A DNA stretch of 56,249 bases. It comes from an uncultured Flavobacteriales bacterium. GTDB lineage: Bacteria > Bacteroidota > Bacteroidia > Flavobacteriales_D > Parvicellaceae. The stretch covers positions 97,115 through 153,363 of the forward strand of contig CAYSEW010000004.1 in assembly GCA_964430245.1 (NCBI GenBank). Reading direction: 5' to 3'. Below the pieces are notes generated by a model that saw nothing but the letters and a program-made list of their open reading frames with translations, had not been told where the DNA came from and did not search any database. This document shows, piece by piece, positions 50,258-56,249 of the stretch (its first letter is position 1; each line of letters begins with the position of its first letter). Position numbers and translations under genes: made by a program.

Positions 50258-51883
50258 TTGGAAAATTCTTCTTCATTTAATGCAAAGCATAGATCCAATA
50301 CTATTAAAAATGCTTCTTCTAGCCTTTATGACCTTATAGTAATTGGTGGCGGCATAACAGGTGCTGGCATCTTATTAGATGCCTCATCAAGAGGATTAAA
50401 GACATTATTAGTAGAAAAATCAGATTTTGCTTCAGGAACTTCAAGCAGATCAACTAAACTAATTCACGGTGGTTTAAGGTATCTAAAAAATTTAGAATTT
50501 AGAATAGTTAGAGAAACAGGAAGAGAAAGAACAATTCTATATAAAAATGCACCCCATCTTGTAATCCCTGAAAAATTATTAATCCCATTGACTAAAAAAG
50601 GGAATTATAAAAAATGGCAATTAAGCTGGGCCCTTAAAATTTATGATCTTCTAGCTGGAGTTAAAGGAATTGACAAAAGGAAGATGCATAATAAAGAAAC
50701 TACTTTAAATAAAGAGCCATTGCTTAACTCTTTAGATTTAATAGGTGCTGGCGTTTATGCTGAATATCGTACAGATGATGCTCGATTAACTCTTGAAATA
50801 ATTAAGACAGCTTTAAATTATAATGGAACAGCAATTAATTATTCAGAAGTTACTGATTTAAAAAAACATAATAATATTTTTCATGTAAATTGTTCTAATA
50901 AATTAACTGGAGAACAATTTGTAATAAAGGCTAAATCAATCATTAATGCTACTGGTCCATGGGTAGATGATTTATGCAAGATAGACCAAATTGAATCTAT
51001 TGATAAAATTTGTCTTTCAAAAGGGATACATATTGTATTAAATAAAGAAAAAATACCAATTAATCATTCTATTTATTTTGAAGTTGAAGACGGCAGACTA
51101 TGCTTTGTTATTCCTAGAGATAAAGTAGTTTATATAGGAACTACAGATACTGCATATACTGGAAATAAAAATGAACCTAACATCAACAATAATGATATCA
51201 ATTATTTAATAAATGCAATCAATAACACTTTTAACATAAATAAAATCAACAAGACAGATATTATATCATCCTGGTCTGGATTAAGACCTCTAATAAAAAA
51301 AGAGGGTCTAAACACAAAAGAATTATCTAGAAAAGATGAAATATCTATTTCTAAATCTGGGATGATCACTATTGCTGGAGGTAAATTGACAGGTTATAGA
51401 ATTATGGCAAAAAAAATTGTTGATCTAATTTGCAAAAAACATAACATCAAAAAAAGATGTATTAGCGACACCATTATTATTAATGGAGGTGAATTTAAAA
51501 ATCTAGATTATGAGCACTTTAAAACAAACATCTCTAATCAGCTAAAAGAACTTAAAATTGATAGCTATAATTCGAGTTACTTGATGTCAAATTATGGCAA
51601 TCAATCAAACTCAATACTTGAAATTTACAAAAACAATAATTTCAATCATTTAGTAGAAGCAGAAGTCGTTTTTTGTTTAAATAATGAAAGCCTTTATAAT
51701 GCTTTAGATTTTTTCTTAAGACGTACAGGAAAGATTTTCTTTTATCCAGAAATAGTATTAAAAGAATTAGAAATAGTAATGCCTTATTTTATCAAATACC
51801 TTTCTATAGATAATAATGAAGCAGATCAAATGAAAGAAAATGTAAAAAATTATCTTAAAAAACTCACTAATTTTAGTGAATGA
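50258..51883 (+). CDS. glpD: FAD-dependent glycerol-3-phosphate dehydrogenase
   Basis: DLIVIGGGITGAGILLDASSRGLKTLLVEKSDFASGTSSRSTKLIHGGLRYL. The gene is adjacent to glpK. Confidence 0.85.
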   Translation: MENSSSFNAKHRSNTIKNASSSLYDLIVIGGGITGAGILLDASSRGLKTLLVEKSDFASGTSSRSTKLIHGGLRYLKNLEFRIVRETGRERTILYKNAPHLVIPEKLLIPLTKKGNYKKWQLSWALKIYDLLAGVKGIDKRKMHNKETTLNKEPLLNSLDLIGAGVYAEYRTDDARLTLEIIKTALNYNGTAINYSEVTDLKKHNNIFHVNCSNKLTGEQFVIKAKSIINATGPWVDDLCKIDQIESIDKICLSKGIHIVLNKEKIPINHSIYFEVEDGRLCFVIPRDKVVYIGTTDTAYTGNKNEPNINNNDINYLINAINNTFNINKINKTDIISSWSGLRPLIKKEGLNTKELSRKDEISISKSGMITIAGGKLTGYRIMAKKIVDLICKKHNIKKRCISDTIIINGGEFKNLDYEHFKTNISNQLKELKIDSYNSSYLMSNYGNQSNSILEIYKNNNFNHLVEAEVVFCLNNESLYNALDFFLRRTGKIFFYPEIVLKELEIVMPYFIKYLSIDNNEADQMKENVKNYLKKLTNFSE

Positions 51884-52557
51884 TAAAACGAAATATCTCA
51901 ACAACAAAAAAAGCCAGGTACTTTTTATCACAAGAACCTCATTGTGAAATAGATGAAATTTGGATTGTTTTACATGGATATGGACAGCTAGCTAATTCAT
52001 TTCTTGATTGGTTTAAACCTGTTTTTTCTAAAAATACACTCATTATATCTCCTGAAGGCCTTCATAGATTTTACTGGAATGGATTTAATGGAAAAGTGGT
52101 AGCTTCTTGGATGACAAAAGAAGATAGGCTTGATGACATTAATGATTATATTAATTATCTGGATAACATAATTTACCAGATCAAACCCCTGGTTTCTACA
52201 AAATCTTTTTATCACATATTAGGGTTTTCTCAAGGAGCTGCAACCGCATGCAGATGGATTAGTTTAGGAGAAACAAAATTAAATTCTTTGACCTTATGGG
52301 GAGGATCTTTCCCTAATGATATAGATTACATTAATAAAATGAATATCTTTAATAACCTTAAAACAAAAATTTTCATTGGAGAAAATGATGAGTTTTATAA
52401 CAAAAGCATTATTAATAAAGAAATTAAAAGATTAAATGAATATAAAATAAAATTTAATTTTCATCATTATATAGGAAGGCACAAAGTAGAGGCCGCACCT
52501 TTAAAAAAATTAAAAAAGCTTATTAGAAAAGAAATAGAATCATTTAAAACAACTTAA
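51880..52557 (+). CDS. alpha/beta-hydrolase (carboxylesterase/phospholipase-like)
   Basis: 225 aa. IWIVLHGYGQLANSF and the nucleophile-elbow-like LGFSQGAA are present. It overlaps the glpD stop by 4 nt (ATGA). Confidence 0.6.
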   Translation: MIKRNISTTKKARYFLSQEPHCEIDEIWIVLHGYGQLANSFLDWFKPVFSKNTLIISPEGLHRFYWNGFNGKVVASWMTKEDRLDDINDYINYLDNIIYQIKPLVSTKSFYHILGFSQGAATACRWISLGETKLNSLTLWGGSFPNDIDYINKMNIFNNLKTKIFIGENDEFYNKSIINKEIKRLNEYKIKFNFHHYIGRHKVEAAPLKKLKKLIRKEIESFKTT

Positions 52558-52673
52558 ATATTAATTAAGTGTTAATTATGTATAAGTTTATTAGATGTGA
52601 CAACCAAATCACTATTTTCAATGTCTATATTAAAATAGATTTTATTTGATAGAACCTCATTAGCAACATAATT

Positions 52674-55208
52674 ATGAATCCATTTAAAATATTTTTAAGT
52701 CTTATTTTTATTTTGATCAATCTGAATTTTTGGTCACAAACTACAATGCACATTATTGGAACTGGCAATGTACAAAACACCAATACTTCCTTCCCAACTC
52801 CTTATGGAAACTGGTATTGGGGTGCCAAAAATCAATTTTTAATTCAAGCAGCTGAATTACAAGCAGCTGGAATGAGTGCTGGAAATATTTATAGCTTAAG
52901 TTTTGATGTAGTAACTCCTGCAGGAACAAGTCTTGAAGATTTTGAGATCGGATTAAAATTAACCTCAGCTAATGATGTTTCTGCTGGACTAACAACAGGT
53001 TTTGCCAATGTATACGGTCCCTTAGATTATACAGACATCTCAGGCTGGAACCAACATGATTTCCATACTCCTTTTTATTGGGATGGATCTTCTAATTTAT
53101 TAATAGAAACTTGTTTTAATAATAGCTCATGGACAACTAATGCAATTATTAATATGTCCACCTATTCTTATGAGTCTTCATGTTATAGAAGAGCTGATAA
53201 TAATTCAGTTTGTAATAGCACCTGGACGAATGGAGACGAATTTGAAAGACCCAATTTAAAAATAGAGTGGCAAGATCCAAATGCCCCTCCATCACCTGAT
53301 TTTACAGTTAGTACAACCAACACTTGCTCGGGCTCTGTTAATTTTTATGATGGCTCTACTAATAATCCAACTCAATGGCTATGGGATTTTGGAGACGGGA
53401 ACACAGACACAACTCAAAACCCAATACATACCTATTCAGCTTCTGGCACTTATACTGTAACTTTAACAGCAACTAATTCACTAGGCAGTAACAATATAAC
53501 TTACACTAACCTTATAACTGTAAATCTAGGAGGCCTGAACCCTATTACCGCATCGTGTATTCCATTAACTCAAGATGGGTCTCTTGGATTTGGGATAACA
53601 AATGTATCTTTTAGTAATTTAAACAAAACCTCTGGTAACGCTTCAGAAGGATATTCAGACTTTACTTGCGACTCAACTGCTGTCTATGTAGGATTAAATT
53701 ATACAATTGACATTACTCACAACGCACCTACTGTTCATCAATGTGGTGCATGGATTGACTTTAATAATGATGGAGTTTTTAATAATTCTACTGAACAAAT
53801 CGTATACAGCGCTAGTTCATTAACAACTTCAGGAAATGTGTTAATTCCTTCAAATTCAGTTCTCAATACCCCTTTAAGAATGAGAGTCTGGGCTGACTAT
53901 GATCTTGGTGCAGTACTAGACCCATGTAATGACCCTCTATATGGTCAAGCAGAAGATTTCACTATTTTTATATTACAAGATACCACACCTCCAGTAGCAA
54001 ACCTTGCTGCTAATGTTACATATACATGTAATGGCATAGTAGAATTCACTGACCTCTCATCAAATGCTCCTTTTGCTTGGGGTTGGGACTTTGGAGACGG
54101 ATCCACCTCTGTTGCTCAAAACCCTATTCATACTTACACAAGTGATGGAACTTATGATGTGCAATTGATCTCTACTAATCAGTATGGAAGTGACACCATT
54201 CTTATGACAGCATACGTAGTAGTGTCCACCGCAAATGCATTAACACCAGTTAATTGCAGCCCTGCCACATTAGGATATTGTTGTAAATATGGTATTACAA
54301 AAGTTGTTTTTAATACTATTAATAACACAACTCTTGATGCTAGTGAAGGATACAAGGATTATTCATGCGAGCACCAGACATATGTAAATATAGGAGATTC
54401 CTACCCCATTACAATTATAACTGGACCTGACAATCCTCAAGACACTAAAGTATGGATAGACCTTGACAATAATGGAGTATTTGACAACAACACGGAATTA
54501 TTCCTTGAAGAATTAAATGCTTATGATCCGAGTGGATCTATAACTATTCCTTCTAACATAACGCTATCTACCCCCTTAAGAATGAGAATATCTTCTGATG
54601 AAGTGGGAAATAATTTTGGCCCATGTGACGATCTTTTTAGAGGTCAAGTAGAAGATTACGCCATTATTGTTAATGACACTAATTGCCCTGCTCCAACTTC
54701 ATTATTAGGTACAAATGTTACTTCTTCATCAATTGACCTTAGCTGGAATGCTGGAGGATCAGAAACTCAATGGAATATAGAATATGGATTAATGGGATTT
54801 TTTGTAGGTTCAGGTATTTCCATTACTGGAGTTAATACTAACCCATATACTGTTACAGGTCTATCTAATGGTAATGAATATGACTTTTACATTCAAGCAG
54901 ACTGCGGAGGAGCACAAAGTGGTTGGGTAGGACCATTTTCATCTCTAATAAATATTGATGAACATTCATTTGATTTTAAAATATTTCCAAATCCTTCAGC
55001 TGGTTTCATTACATTAATAATTCCCAATAGAGAATTAGATAAAATCAACATTTATGATCTAATAGGTAAAAAATTAGTTACCTACCAGTCATTTTCTTCT
55101 TCTAGCACCATCAATTTAGATCTAAATGAATTAAACTCTGGATCCTATTTAATTGAAATAATAGATTCAAAAGGATTTAGTGGAATTAAAACTTTGGTTA
55201 TTCAATAA
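52674..55208 (+). CDS. T9SS cargo protein. It has an uncharacterised N-domain, two [PKD + GEVED-like] units, a fibronectin-III domain and a type-A C-terminal sorting domain
   Basis: There is a signal peptide. The PKD motifs are WLWDFGDGNTDTTQNPIHTY and WGWDFGDGSTSVAQNPIHTY. The GEVED-like motifs are GAWIDFNNDG...YGQAEDFTIFI and VWIDLDNNG...FRGQVEDYAIIV. The FN3 is PAPTSL...DLSWNAG. The C-terminus FKIFPNPSAGFITLI...YDLIGKKL matches a Por tail. Confidence 0.85.
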   Translation: MNPFKIFLSLIFILINLNFWSQTTMHIIGTGNVQNTNTSFPTPYGNWYWGAKNQFLIQAAELQAAGMSAGNIYSLSFDVVTPAGTSLEDFEIGLKLTSANDVSAGLTTGFANVYGPLDYTDISGWNQHDFHTPFYWDGSSNLLIETCFNNSSWTTNAIINMSTYSYESSCYRRADNNSVCNSTWTNGDEFERPNLKIEWQDPNAPPSPDFTVSTTNTCSGSVNFYDGSTNNPTQWLWDFGDGNTDTTQNPIHTYSASGTYTVTLTATNSLGSNNITYTNLITVNLGGLNPITASCIPLTQDGSLGFGITNVSFSNLNKTSGNASEGYSDFTCDSTAVYVGLNYTIDITHNAPTVHQCGAWIDFNNDGVFNNSTEQIVYSASSLTTSGNVLIPSNSVLNTPLRMRVWADYDLGAVLDPCNDPLYGQAEDFTIFILQDTTPPVANLAANVTYTCNGIVEFTDLSSNAPFAWGWDFGDGSTSVAQNPIHTYTSDGTYDVQLISTNQYGSDTILMTAYVVVSTANALTPVNCSPATLGYCCKYGITKVVFNTINNTTLDASEGYKDYSCEHQTYVNIGDSYPITIITGPDNPQDTKVWIDLDNNGVFDNNTELFLEELNAYDPSGSITIPSNITLSTPLRMRISSDEVGNNFGPCDDLFRGQVEDYAIIVNDTNCPAPTSLLGTNVTSSSIDLSWNAGGSETQWNIEYGLMGFFVGSGISITGVNTNPYTVTGLSNGNEYDFYIQADCGGAQSGWVGPFSSLINIDEHSFDFKIFPNPSAGFITLIIPNRELDKINIYDLIGKKLVTYQSFSSSSTINLDLNELNSGSYLIEIIDSKGFSGIKTLVIQ

Positions 55209-55209
55209 A

Positions 55210-56249
55210 ATGAAAAAAATATTCAGCTTTTTTGTTTTAATTCTTCTTTTATCCATAAATAATAAATTTTATGGGACTCACCTTATTGGTGGAAATTTAG
55301 GCTATGAATATATTGGTCAAACACCTACTGGGGATTACACCTTTAAAATCATTTTAACTACCTATACAAATTGCGGTCCAGGATCCAATGTCCCTACTCC
55401 AGAAAATGATGTAACTGTAGCTATCTATAATCACGATGTTCAAAACTCACCTTTAGGTGGAGTTGATAAAGTTTTTATTCAGACTTTATTCATGCCTTTA
55501 GTTAATTCTTATGTTATTCAACCTGGATTACCTAATGGATGTACTGTTGGATCATCATCTTGTATTTACAAAGGAGTTTATTCAGCTACTATAGACCTTC
55601 CATTAAACTTTAATGGATATCACGTATTTTATGAAAGGTGCTGTAGAAATAATAGTATAGTCAATTTAATCCCTCAGGAATCAATGTCCTTTCATGCCTA
55701 TATTTCACCACCCTTATTAGGAAACTCTTCACCTGTATTTACTGATGACCCTGTACCATTTTTATGTGCTGGTGATACTACCACAATATTAAATACAGCA
55801 TTTGATCCAGATGGGGATGAATTAGTCTTTAGTTTTGTAGTACCCTATGACGCAGATCAATCTTCTGCTTCAGATCCAGATCCTCTTTCTGGCGGTAATA
55901 TTCCTATACCACTTCAATGGCCTATTGCACCTGTAACTTACGAGGCTGGATATAATTTAGCTGATCCTTTTGGTGCCGGTGGTTATACGAGTATTAATGC
56001 TTCTACTGGTTTAACTACTTACTATCCTCCAGCAACTGGTGATTACGTAGTTGCTGTTGAGATTAAAGAATACAGAAATGGCAATCTCATAGGAGTTACT
56101 CGTAGAGATCTTCAATTACTAGTTATAAATTGCCCTCCTAATCCTGCTCCTAATATTGATCCTCAGGCAGGGACTACACAATTTCAATTTACTGTAGAAG
56201 AAGGTGAAACACTCTGTTTTGACTTTGGTTTTGATGATCCTAATGGTGA
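55210..56249 (+). CDS. large T9SS-adhesin-like protein, N-terminal part. The gene continues past the window end
   Basis: The open frame runs from the ATG at 55210 with no stop to the window end. There is a signal peptide. The N-terminus THLIGGNLGYEYIG...YTFKIILTTYTNCG is homologous to the N-terminus of the 1374-aa type-B CTD protein (SHVPGGNITYQCVG...LTLFEDCG). Confidence 0.7.
   Translation, partial: MKKIFSFFVLILLLSINNKFYGTHLIGGNLGYEYIGQTPTGDYTFKIILTTYTNCGPGSNVPTPENDVTVAIYNHDVQNSPLGGVDKVFIQTLFMPLVNSYVIQPGLPNGCTVGSSSCIYKGVYSATIDLPLNFNGYHVFYERCCRNNSIVNLIPQESMSFHAYISPPLLGNSSPVFTDDPVPFLCAGDTTTILNTAFDPDGDELVFSFVVPYDADQSSASDPDPLSGGNIPIPLQWPIAPVTYEAGYNLADPFGAGGYTSINASTGLTTYYPPATGDYVVAVEIKEYRNGNLIGVTRRDLQLLVINCPPNPAPNIDPQAGTTQFQFTVEEGETLCFDFGFDDPNG

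Noticed and set aside
1-56249. Mobile elements, CRISPR arrays, and defence or toxin-antitoxin systems
   Set aside because: There are no transposase, integrase, recombinase, Cas, restriction-modification, nuclease/helicase or reverse-transcriptase signatures. No repeat-spacer arrays or terminal inverted repeats were seen. The gene content is housekeeping plus surface and secretion functions.

Overview
This window looks like an ordinary chromosomal segment of a low-GC Bacteroidota genome, probably Flavobacteriia. Coding is AT-rich and dense, with no SD-rich leaders. Type IX secretion system (T9SS) type-A and type-B C-terminal sorting domains are present, along with a PorP/SprF gene and a cluster of guaB followed by parvulin-type prolyl isomerases.

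I support about 43 coding sequences:
- Beta-oxidation: a thiolase 3' end and a fadB-like fusion.
- An aminotransferase and a T9SS-secreted esterase.
- An ECF sigma factor whose overlapping partner is an unusual membrane protein.
- A long co-directional housekeeping block: yidC, rpmB, an M24 aminopeptidase, rpmG, a 51-aa protein, ftsY, rimO, a hybrid histidine kinase and an Smr-domain protein.
- A putative lhgO, penicillin-acylase-family and MFS operon.
- hemE, purL, guaB, glpK and glpD.
- Three large T9SS cargo adhesins, one of which runs off the end of the window.
- A PorP/SprF gene translationally coupled to a TolB/OmpA-like gene.

I found no tRNA or rRNA, no CRISPR array, no transposase or integrase, and no recognisable defence-system genes (nucleases, helicases, reverse transcriptases, methyltransferases). 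I cannot point to a clear novel multi-gene system. The most unusual signals, in rough order:
1. A G9 homopolymer inside the PorP/SprF gene, which could act as a phase-variation switch.
2. An ECF sigma factor paired with a TM-anchored protein that has a long acidic linker and a beta-rich C-terminal domain.
3. An uncharacterised ~160-aa domain shared by two T9SS cargo proteins.
4. A compact operon of transporter, L-2-hydroxyglutarate-oxidase-like enzyme and cytoplasmic Ntn-acylase.
5. An aminopeptidase gene inserted between rpmB and rpmG, with its promoter motif embedded in the rpmB terminator.

All calls rest on motif-level reading of the translations. I ran no database searches.
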